DNA of 64,000 nucleotides from Euglena gracilis. Its lineage: Eukaryota. The stretch covers positions 46,727,847 to 46,791,846 of the forward strand of contig CP154954.1 of assembly GCA_039621445.1 (NCBI GenBank). Reading direction: 5' to 3'. Positions 26,301 to 38,130 of this stretch are shown here, one piece after another. Made by a program: the position numbers and the translations under genes. A model generated the notes under the pieces. That model made no database searches. It worked only from the letters and a program-made list of their open reading frames with translations, and was not told where the DNA came from. Position 1 is the first letter of the stretch. The number at the start of each line of letters is the position of its first letter.

Positions 26301-29300
26301 TCAAGGCGGTGGTGGGGACGCTGATCCGCCGCCGCGCGTGGACGTGGCTGCTGATGCACCCGGACCTTCACCACGTTCACCCGACCCGCCGTATGTCTAC
26401 TCTGCGCTGTCTTCCGCACTGTGTGACCACACGGTTTATTCTTAAGGTTGTGGTTCTCAGGCGGATTTCCGTGCAGATCTCCATTTTGTCATTCTCATGC
26501 GGGTTTCCGTGGAAAGACGCTTGTACATGGAAGCGTGTGTAGTGAGGGGATTCTTTCCTGAAGTCACCGTTCTCGTGCTCAGGTACCCTGGACATGGTGC
26601 CCAGCCTGGAGCAGAGCATGGACAGCGCGGACATCAAGGTGCCGCTCACCGGTACCAACTGGCGCTGGTCGGCCCAGCACCCGTGCGCAGGACTCTCCAG
26701 GACACGTGTGTGCACTTTTTCCCTTTACCTTTGGTTAGTTACACATGATTTTTTTTTTGGTACACGGGAACCCGCGTGAAATATCACAAGTCACATCACA
26801 ATGTTACGGAGTGCAGCTGTTTCATTTTTGTGTGTCCTGGCTCAGGATTCTCCCTGCGATGTCTGAGGGTCGGGGGGGTCCTGAGTCCGGCCACCGCGGG
26901 AGGCGGTCCTCCGCTCCCCCCTGTGGGGGACTGAGCGCTACGCCCCCCTGCGGGCGCGGCTGGCCCAGCCGCTCGCTGAGCCCACGGTGCGGTACGGGGG
27001 CCGCTTCTGCACCCTGGACCTCAGCGGTGGCGGCGGTCGGCGCGGGGCGGCCACAGCGGCGGCCGGCAGCAGCCGGGAGGAGGCGGAGGGGTCCCCCAGT
27101 CAGCCCACGTCTGGGGAGGGGGAGCTGTTTGAGGCTGGCTCTCCGCGGGCGGGCAGCCGGTCCACCCGGGGGCGAAGAAGGGCGGAGGCGGCGGAGCGTG
27201 GGGAGAGTCCCGAGCCGTCCCGCCTGGCGCACGTGGTCCCCCTCCACCCCACCGCGGGGATGCCGCGGGAGATCATGGAGCTGAACGTCGACGCGGTGGT
27301 GGTGGAGGTCCCGGACGGGCTGAGCGACGCCGACGTCCACCCTGAGCTCCTGAGACTGTGGAGCCGTGGGGTGCCGTTCGTGGCCACGGGGCGGGCGTTC
27401 GCCATCGGGGCCCTGCAGCAGACCCTGCAGAAGGGCATGGACGTCCCCGACGAGATGCGTCGTGTGGACGTCACCCTGCACCGGCCGGTGAAGTCCAACG
27501 TGGACCGCACCTACCTCTTCAACGTCACCACCGTCACCGCCCTCTTCAGCAGCAAGACGGACTTTCGGGTGTGCACACCCTTCGTTTCGGTTTTTATTTT
27601 AAGCAACAGACTGTTCTCTCTTTTTTTGGGGGGGGGGCACGGGAATCCGCACAACTTTGTGGAGTGCACGGGAATCCGCACAGGACAGATACACACCCGT
27701 GCACACAGGGGATAATGTCCGTGCACACGAACGTTTCTTAAGATCTACGCTATGACTCAGAAAATCAATGTTCCACTGCCGTGAGGTGTTGGCACACCTT
27801 CATCTCCCCCCACAGGTGCCGCGGCAGATCACCCTCGTGGGACAGGGTCAGGGCTGTGTTTACACTGAACAAACAAAAAAAGCAACATCACAATGACACC
27901 ATTGGTCAGTTCATAGGTATTGGTACAGTTCTGTTCATCGAAATGATTCCAGGTCCAGGTTAGACGGTTTTCCGTCCACTTCTCGTGATTATTCCATTTC
28001 TCCTGGTGAAAGAACGACGTTTAGTTCCACAGGGTGAATTTCTTTTGGCCAATTCCCTTTTCAATCCGCACTCGGCTTCCCTCCCGCCTGAAGCTGAGAC
28101 ACAGCTCTGCGGGGGAGGGGCCGCCCACCCTGCCGGTGGAGGTGGCGTGGTGGCTGCTGGCGCGGCTGCACGTGGAGGCCCACGACTGGGTGCTGGCGGT
28201 CACCCGCCACGCCGCCCTCCCGGCGGACCTCGCCACCCGGCTGCAGGTCCCCATCGGCGTCATCTGGGGGGACCCCGACCTCCTGGAGGAGGCGGACGAG
28301 GCGATGCAGCTGCGGGTGGACCAGCTGCAGCGCGAGATCAAAGTGGCCGATGGGAAGCCGGCCATCCTGTGGGATCAGGGCGCCACCCCGGTGCAGGCCA
28401 GACGAAGGGGGGGGGGGACGTTTGCCCGTATCGACTCTGCGTGCATGAGCCGTCAGTACAGCATCGGAACGTGACGCACAGCGTGCACGCGGTTTCCCGC
28501 GCACAGTGCACGCGTGCGGATTCCCGTGGAGCGGTGTGCTTGGCTGTTGCTATGACTGGTTTCTCCGTTTTTCATCCCGCCCCAACTGGGTGGTGGTCCC
28601 TGTGGCCATCAACGTCCACCACCGCATCACCCACCACGAGCCCCTGGACGTCTCCGGCCGGGGCGGGCTGGAGGAGGAGGAGGAGAAGGGGGAGAAGGAA
28701 GAGGAGGACATGCCCCCCCGGCCAAAGAAGAAGGAGCCGGAGAAGAAGGGCCGGGAGCCCTCGCCCCCGCCGCCAGCCAAGGGGCGGGGCAAGAAGGAGA
28801 CCCCCGCCAAGGGGAAGGAGAAGGAGAAGGAGAAGGCCCCCCCGGCCGCCAAGGGGAAGGAGAAGGGGAAGGAGAGGGCCCCTGCCGCGAAGGAGCCTGA
28901 GGCCCCGGTGACGCCGGCCAAGCAGCCGTCGACCGGCGGCGGCGCGGCGGCGGCGGGCCGCAAGGGGGCCTCCACCCCCTCCGGGCTGCGGAAGGGCGCG
29001 GCCGCACCGCCAGCAGCGGCGCAGGAGCCGCCGGCGCCGGAGACCCCGGTGACGGGCCGCAAGCGCACGGCCCGCACCCCGCCGCCCGCCGAGTCCGCCG
29101 CCGGTGAACCGGAGGACGAGATTGAGGAGATCGTCCCGCGACCGCCCCCAACACGGTCCCCCCTTCAGCGTGTGTCCTATCAATGTGCTTCCTTCAGCCC
29201 CTGGGTTTTGCAGCCACAGCTTGGCACGCGGGAAACCGCACACGTGCGTCTTCTTCTGCGCTGCACGGAAACCCGCACACAATCTCCTATACTCTTTTTT

Positions 29301-32300
29301 GGGTTCAGGAGGTTTTGCGTGCACACAGCCTGTGCCCTTACAAAGTCTGGACGGATCTAGGACCCTATGTTCGTCAGTGATGTTCTGCTTGCAAAGTGCA
29401 CGGGAAACCGCACACAGCTTGCTGACTCATTCGGTACACGCGTACACCCCTCCCTCCCTCCTCCAAACCATCAAGTCCAAGGGGGGAGGGTCAGCTGAAG
29501 AAGAAGCCCACGCCGGCCGGCGCGCTGGAGGAGCTGCTCAACGTGTGAGCAGCAGCGGGGGCCGGGCGGGCCGGGCGGGCGGGGCGGGGCGCGGCGGGGC
29601 GGCAGGCAGCCGCCATCCCCACTGAGTGCACGGCCGTGGACGGCCGTGGGCGGCCGACGGGAGCAGCTCTCTCTGCACCCTGCTGTGTGGACCGCCCGAG
29701 GCTTTTGAACCTGGGACCGCCCGCTGCTTTTGTTTTTCGTGTGTCACACACCCTCACCGCACACCCACTGTCCCCGGGGACTGCCCAAACGCCTTTCACC
29801 TTTCGACGGGAACCCAACCCCTGGACCACTCCATCATCCCGTTTGTTTTTCACCTGGGACCCACCGGACGCCCCAACCGCCGTGTGAGGTCCAGGGCACA
29901 CATTCCTGGTCACCCATTCAGTGGGCCCGTGTCCAACCAACCCTTTCGTTATTGCAGTGCACAGAGTGTGTAGATCCCTCTCTGACACATACCCCTCTCT
30001 GAGACCCGTGTGCCCTGGACCTGGAACACCCATTCGGCTGTCCGTTTGTCCCCTCCATTTGTCTCTCTTTTCCCCTCTGGACCGCCCACAGAGACTTCGT
30101 CTCACTCTCTTCCCCCCGGGACCAAGGACCCCTCCAGGACCAGGACCAGTGCTGCACGGTGATCCGCACAAACACACCCTTCCCCTCCCACCCTTCTTTC
30201 TGTCGTTGCGCTTCGTGTGCTATCGCAGTCTCTCTCTGGCAGGCGGGCGGTGAGGGGGAGGGGGCATGGGAGGAGGGCTGCCTTGGGTTAGGTGCCCCAG
30301 TGGATGTCACGTCCAGTTCCAAGTCAAACGTCCCCATGAGTTTCCCAGTGTGTTTTTGCACGGATAACCGCACAAGTTCACTTTTAACCATTCATAGTCA
30401 CTCAGCCCCCTCTCGTAGTGTTAACCCCTTCGCGCATGCTGCATCTGTCCTGTGCGGTTTCTCGCCTAACAGACCATCTGTCAAAAATTACAGAATCAGT
30501 TCCGCAGTGGTGTTCGTTTCCCCCCTCCCGTCACTGGTCGTTGGCACTCACCAGTCCTCCAAAAGTGCACGGGTTGCTTACGCGGGTGCCTCTCCGTCAC
30601 AGGTTTCGCCATGTCACCCCCCTCCCGGAGGTGGGGTCCGGCTCCGTCGTGACACGGCCGGGGCTTCGACGGTCAGGTGTTCTCCCACCCCTTCCCCGTT
30701 TTCATATTTTCGGCCTGGTTTCTGGGGGGTATTTCACAAAATCACCCCTTTTCAGCCATTAATTTCCAAAATCGGTCACGTGTCAAAACTGTGGAAACAG
30801 GCGGAAACCCGCGTACAATTTCGGGGTTGCAGTAACTATCACAAATATCAGTTGAGTTTCGGGGGGGTGGCCTACACGGAAACCCGCACACCTGGACCGC
30901 CTAAAAAATGGCATAAAATTTGGGCAATTCGCGCCGCCTAAGTCTAACCCTGCCCTCCCTGCCCCCCCATGAACAGCTTGGGCTGGGAACGCAACACGGA
31001 TCCTCCACAATGCTGCACAATAACGCGCAAAAAAAAGCAGCAATTTTGCCAAAATAAAAAAGGGAAAATACACACCGCATGTTCCCCCTGAACGGACCCA
31101 TGGCGGTGCCCCCCGCTCCTCCTCCTCCTTCCCTGCCATGGCCTCGCGCTTGGCCTCCTGGCGGGCGACGTCGGTGACGCGCAGTGGGCGGCCGACCACC
31201 GGGGCCGGCACCTCCCGCCACGTCATGTACGGGGACACCTTCGCCGGGCGCTGCTGCCGGGGCGGGGGGATGGGTGATTTGGGCGGCGGCGGCAGCTGCT
31301 GCTGCTGCTGCACAGGAGGGGCGACGTCTGGGTCGATGGGGACAGAGCTTGCCCCTTCATTGGCAGCTCTGGCAAAAAAAGAAAAGAAAAGCACAGGAGC
31401 AAGGGTTCGTTGATTTTTTGATCTCCTACCTTTTCCTGTTTCATGGTTACAAGTCACGTGCAATTATTCTAGAATAAGAAGACCAAAATCCTATACCTGG
31501 CTGTCTCTGGGGTTTTGAAAATATGGAAAGTGCCAATGGAAAACCCCTCAGGTTTATTATTATTATTTGGGGGGGACTCCCCAAATAATATCCCCCCCTG
31601 GGAATTTTATTTGGTCGGCCGAAGTCCACCCTCAGGGGGGGGGGAGAGTATTATTTGGGGGAGGATATTATTTGGCAAATTTTGTTTTTTTCTGTAAAAT
31701 TTTGACCGCAGCATGCATTGTACTCCATGTTGAACACCACCAAAGCCCATGGTGCCATGGTGGGTGGAATTATTGTTTCCAAAAAGTGCAATTTGGTTTT
31801 CAATCTGAATACGGTAGAATTCATATAAAACTTGCACAAAAATGTGGTTCCAGCTCTCAGGAAAACTCAGGTTTTTCTGTAGTGGTCCGTGAAAAATGGA
31901 AAGATATCATTTGGGGGGGTTACCTACAGGAACAGATCGGACAGCATCGTGTGCAAAAACTCCAGCTTCACCAACTACTGACAGCACATTAGAGATGCAA
32001 TTGAGTTTTGCGCGTTGAAGCTCGATGCCAAGGGCTCAATACACCACTGGCACCCAAACAGCTGATGAGGGGCCAGAGGTGAGGAAAAGCACCGTGCTTC
32101 AGTGATTGCTGCTGCAGGGCCAGGCACGGTGTCAGGGCACCGAGGGATATCGGAGATCGGAGATCCCACGGCGCATTTCCCCCTTTAACCAGGCAGGGTG
32201 ACAGAAGATTGGGGGAATGGCACACTTCCATGCGCCACGAAGTGGCTCTCCTTCAGTGCGGTTTTTGATCAAATTTGGTCCCAGGGTTGCGCTCTTTGCT

Positions 32301-35300
32301 TTGCAACTAGGTCAGAACACGGGCATATGGCCATGCGTCAAAGACTGTGTTGTTTGTTCACCCCAAACTGCTTGGGCAGTGTGGGGTGAACCAGGGGGGG
32401 AGGGAAGGTAAGAGTAATTCTGAAGAAAATCAACAGAAATCAGGCAGGTGGGGTTTAAATAGAAGCACCCCCCCCCGCGCTGCCACCAGAGGCGGAGGTC
32501 GCTGCAAGCACCCCCGTGCTTCAGTTCGGTGGGGGGGGGCTACGGTTCCTGGCTTATTTGGGAAGAGATTGATGGGAAGTGGTTTTGGCCCAAACCCGCC
32601 TGTCCATCAGAACGGTTGCCGTCCCAGCACACAGGAAAGCCGGCCCCCTGGGCTGCAGCAGAGGGGAGTGGCCCCTGAGGCACTGGGTCCGGCGAGCCCC
32701 CCGCTGGGCGTCCAGTGGCGGGCTGCTCATTGCAGGGGGCAGCGTGGCCGCCAAGTCCCCGAAGCTGGACAGCGGCGAGGCCATACGTTCACTTGATGAC
32801 CACCCTGGGACTTTTACCCAGGCCCACAATCCCCCCAGGGGGGAGGAGGCGCCGGCCCACCCGAAACTTCCGAAATCGGCCAAAAGCCCTCGAAATGGTT
32901 TTCCAGTCTGGCCAAAGGCCCAGGTTGCACCCCCCCAGAGGGACTGGCAGGGGGCAGCCCCCGAACATGTGCAGATAACCTCAAGGGGGAGGTGGGTTTT
33001 TTTATCAAACAGTGTTTCTCAACATCAGTTGGCAGGATGGTACAAAATTATTATACCTTGATGCTCAACCCCCCAGGAAGACCAATTTCAGACAGTGGCC
33101 AGGTCTTGTTCAGGGGTCAGTGGGGTTTTATGAGGTGAATTGAATATGTGGGCTTATACGGAAAATGACCCTCTGACCGAGTGGAATAATTTTGTACATG
33201 TTGGGATGGAACTTCACCATAGGAGGAGGACCATCCGAGTGGGTGGGTTATCAGGAGTCTGTGGTGCCCAACCCATTGGGCCATTGGACCCGGGTTCTTT
33301 GTTTGGGGGGATGCTCCTCAGGCACCTTCGATCATGAGTCGCCTTTCTTCAGAGGAAACAGAGGAGGGCACATCGGGCATTGCCCAGCCATTGGCATTGG
33401 GGTTGGGAGGCCTATTTCAAACCGGCGGGACTCAGGGCTGCGGCGCAGGCAAGCTGCCCGGCGGAGGCCGCCTTGCCCGGGCCGCCGCTGAGGCTCCACA
33501 AGGGGGCGTCCCCAGAGGCGGCGTGGCGGCCCAAACTGCCACCCCCCCCCCCCCGCGCCATGGCAATGTGATAGGGGGGCTGGGCCAATCCTTTGGGGCA
33601 ATTCCCCGTTTGTCCGATTTCATATGTGCGTGTAATGTGAAAGCATTGCTTTTCCCACCCTCAATTCCAAAAAGGAGGAGGCTTGCCAAATGTCACATTG
33701 CTCGTTTTGACCCTTCTCTGGACTTGGACAACTGAATTCTGGACAGAGGTTTTTTTTAGGACTCGGTTAGGATCCACCCCCCCCCGGTCACAAAACTTAA
33801 AAAAAAAACTGTTTCTGGAGTGCAAAGAGGAGGACCCACAGGTTGGCCCCCCCTCAGCCTCTGCCGCAGCCAGCCAGGAGGCATTGCCACCGGCCCCATC
33901 CGAGTCCCACGGCAGCGGAGCGTCCCATGAGCGACGCCGAGATGGCCTCTCTGCACGCCAACAGCCACCTTCTCGCGACTCCAGCCAAAGACCTTAATCT
34001 GGCACGTAGTGCGCTACCCCTTTTTTGTCGCCCCCACCATCCCCTTGTGGAATTCTTGTGTTGAACTGGACGGGTGGGCGGGTGGTGTCGGATGGAAAAA
34101 AAAACGGGACTGGGGCTGGGCAGGGGGGAGCGTTCAATGGGAATGGGGATGCCTTGCGTACCCTCCCCCCCCCCTATGTCCAACGACCGGTAACCTCTGT
34201 CCTCTGACCTGGGGGGGGGGGGGCAGTCGTTGGACATAGTGTCGGGGAAAAAAGTTAGTAACCAAAAAGGTAGTGACCAAAAAGGTGTCCTCTGGCCGGG
34301 GGGGGTGGTCATTGGACACGGGGTCGGGGAAAAAAGTTTGCCGAAACCCCCCCAAACAGGTCAAAATTTTCTTTCCGGCGCTTCGCGCCTCCATTTCCAG
34401 CCCTGTCAACAAATATTTCCTCAAATAGCACCCAAAACATACCTTCACGCCGCGGGATTTCACGAAAAAAAACAAAGTCAACAATCCCGGTCGACAATCC
34501 CTGCATTCCATCAACCATCTTCACTCCATCATACAACCCAGCAAACACCCGAAAATGTCATGGTGGAATGTTGGGAGTGTGGTGAAGCCCCCCAAACAAC
34601 CGTAAGCACTACAGTGTGGCCAAAAATTACGGAAGACAAAAATTACGGCAAAAAAAAATTACGGGAAAAAAAATTTTGGCAAAATTTTTATTTTGGAAAA
34701 ATTAATTTTGGCAAAATCTGGTCCCTGTGAAGGATTGACCTCTGGCACAGGTGAGCGACATTTTTGTCCTAATTGTGTGTTCAATGTATTTTCTGTCCCC
34801 CAGTGGCCACAATCACTCGAGGTATTGTGGCACGTGCCCGTCCAGCAACGCTTGCAAAAAAAATGGGGGAACGTTCAAGATCGGTCAGGCATGGGCAAAA
34901 TATTCGCTGGCAAAAACAGAATGGAGGCCGTTCGCTGCAACTTCTGATAGAATTGTGCCACTGATCAGGTGTCAGTAATTTCTAACGCAGAGCGATTTTT
35001 GCTGTGATTTTCCCCAGGTGCTTGATGCCGATCGCCCGTTTTTCAAGGAGCTGGCTGAGCATATACCATTGAAGAAACTGACATTCAATTGGGATGAGTA
35101 TTGTGTTCTTTTGGGCACAAACCGGAAGTGGGCTGAAAGAGGGCGTCGGAAGCCGACGGAGTGAGAAAATTACGAGAAAAAAAATTATGGCAAAATTTGG
35201 GTATTTTGCCAAAATTTCTGTCTTCCGTAATTTTTAGCCGCACTGTATCTCCCCGGTGGAGCCCTCGTAATGCACAAAACTCCCCAGAGGGAACATTTTA

Positions 35301-38043
35301 ATGGATGATGGGCTGCGGGGTTGAGGACAAGGGTGGAAGAAAAGCCTTTCAGGGCTGGCAAACCTCCGGTTTTCACACACCTGCAAAAAAAACATCAAAC
35401 CTCCGAAAAGGTGTCCTCTGACCGGAGGGGGTGGTCGTTGGACATAGGGGGGTCGTTGGACATAGGGGGGGGGGGTACATGAGAAGGAAATCTCTTTACT
35501 TTTTGCAGACCCCCCCGGGGGGGGTGCTAGCACAGCCAGACCGTCCAACCCTGTTCCAGCCCAAATTTTTTTTTGCCAAGCTGAAGAATTTCAATGAAGT
35601 GATCACAGCCACTTTCAGGGACAGCACTAAATCAAACCCGTTCCCAATTACCTCCCCCCCCCCGTCCAACGACCGCTAAATATCGCCACTGACCGGGGGG
35701 GTGGTCGCTATTCGGGCCAAATATCGCTACTGACCGGGGGGGGAGGGAGGGGGTTGTTAGACAAGACCGGGGTCAAAAAAAATTTCTCCCGCTTCGCCAC
35801 AAGGTGAAGAAAAAAGTTTCCTTTGCCTGACATGGCCACAACTCTCAAATTCATAAATTCATGATGAAAAATGGGAGAAACATGCAATCAACAGGCAAAA
35901 ACTTAGTGACGATAGAGAACTTGTAGACCAGGTACAAAATCCGCCATGAAAGTTGTAAGGAAAGGCAGAAGCCATTATGCGAACGTCTGGAAAAAAAGAT
36001 CACCTGGAAAAAGATCGCTACTGACCGGGGGGGGGGGGTCGTTGGACAAGGCCGGTAGTTGGACAAGGTGGGGGGAGGGAAGACCTGTCTGTCCGCCCCC
36101 CATTCAGGTTCCGTGTCCGTTCCTTTGCGCCGAGGGTCGCTGGCCCGCCCTCCTCCGCCCCGGCGGAGCCCCGCGCCGCGGGCTCCGCCGGGGGCAGCAG
36201 CGCCGCCGCCGCGAAGCGCTGCGGGCCGGCGAACGGCAGCGGCCGCACGTCCGGCGAGGCCGGGCGCCGGGCCGGGCCGCCGGGGCGGTGGGCGGGGCCC
36301 GGGGCGGGCCCAGGCCGATGCCGGGCCGGGCGGGGGTCGACCCACCCCGGGGTGGGGCCCCGCCGTTGGGGCCAACCCCGAGTGGTGTTGCCTCCGAACT
36401 GGACTGCTTGGCGTCAGTACAGGGACAGTGGGGATGAAGGCAGCGGTGGGCAGCAACTCGGTGGAAGACGCCTGCTTGGTGCTCTTTGGCGCACACAGGC
36501 ACTCACAAAACCCGCCCGTGACAACAAAAAGGGTCTGTTTTGCACCGGCCTGGTCCTCAGGCTGCCGGGGAGGGGGGGCGGCGGCGGCAGCCACGTACCG
36601 CCGCTCCGCCGGTGGGGCAGAATTTCCCCGGGGCGGAGCCAGCGGCAGGCGGTGGGTAGGGGATGTCTCCACAGTCTGTAAACTCCCCCCCAAAAAATCC
36701 ATCCATTTCTCCGAACGTCCAGGGGGGTCCTATTTTGAGGGGGGGTTATGCACTGCAGTCAAGCGTCGGGCGTCCACCGGCACACACCCCCTGGGGATGG
36801 CCAACCTTTATCCATCGCCTGGCCGGCACCGAGACGCGCCGGGGCAGCGGGACCAGCCCGCCCTTCTCGGCGGGTGGCGGCGGGGGCGGCGGAGAGGTGG
36901 CGGCGGCGGGCTGGGAGGGGTCCGCCGAGAAGGGGCGGTCGCGGGCGAGGCCGGGGAAGCGGGGCACCGGAGCGGAGCCGCCCGACGCCCGCCCGAAGAC
37001 CGGCGCCGTGGGCGGACCCCCGGTGGCGACACAGCCCCACTCTGAGCAGACATAATGGACGCCCCCCCGCAGCGGCAGCCACGGCTCATATGTGGGACGC
37101 CTCGTAAAAACACCCCCCCCCCCCGCAGAGAATCCCATGTGGTCACCCAGATCAAATTATAGTCAAGAGCAGTTCAGGCAACAAGCACCGTCGATGGTCG
37201 CTCACTGCAGGTGGTGGAAAGGCTTCCTGTTGGTGCCAGTTTTGGTGACTCTCCTCCCGAAAACTCTCCACACAGCAAACGCGGTGTGGACAATGAGGAC
37301 AATTCAACTCTGCAGATTTGCACCTCCGAGCGACCCTAACATCTGAAAAAACGCTCTTGTCAGGAATTTGTGATCGCAGTCCTTAAAATAACGTTTGCAT
37401 CTTTCTTCATTTCTGGAAAAAATTCTGATAATAGCTCTCGATGGGGATGTAGAATTTTTTTTCACCATTTGAGGTCAGCAGGAACAGAGACAGGAGACGA
37501 AATCAATAAGACAGGCGACAGACAAGCGACCAAATAGAGTAAACCCCCCCTGAATATACGACGGGTCGTTATCTGACTTTTCAGTTGGTGGAAAATCCAG
37601 AGGGGGTTGCTATAAATGGGGGTCGTTATCAGAGGGAGGCTTTGCTGTTTTCCCTACCACAGCTATGTCTGACACACTTTCTACCATCCTTGCTGGCTTT
37701 GTGTGTGGCATTGCTGAGCTTGAGGAGTCCGACAGCGACTACCCTGACCACGGCCCCCGTCCAAGCAGCGGTCGATTTGCTCATACTTCAAGTAAGCGCT
37801 GGTGAGCTTGGACGCTCTTACGTGAGATGCATCATCTTACCCGTGCTTTCTGCTCTTTGTCAACCATGGGTCGTTATATTTCTTTTTTGGTGGAAATTCC
37901 AGGATGGGTCGTTATAAATGGGGGGGGTTCATTATCAGAGGGGGGTCGTTCTAAATGGGGGGGTTTACAGTTTTCTAGCAAAAGAAATATCTGGGGAGGG
38001 GTTCTCCCACGGGGTTTTCATGTTTGTTTGTAGGACGTTGGAT

Positions 38044-38130
<87 letters not shown>

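Larger units (their letters stand above)
17967..30942 (+). mobile_element. Large (12,976 bp) TIR DNA transposon, subfamily A, putatively autonomous; CTTAG termini, 5-bp TSD
   Basis: Perfect 23-bp TIR CTTAGGCGGCGCGAATTGCCCAA at 17967 and its reverse complement ending at 30942. TCTAA flanks both sides (17962-17966, 30943-30947). Contains transposase-like and ParB/MTase-like genes. Confidence 0.93.

Noticed and set aside
17967-30942. Polinton/Maverick or endogenous virus (13 kb, TIRs, 5-bp TSD)
   Set aside because: No recognisable protein-primed polymerase B, retroviral-type integrase, packaging ATPase or capsid; TIRs are short and the genes are intron-rich.
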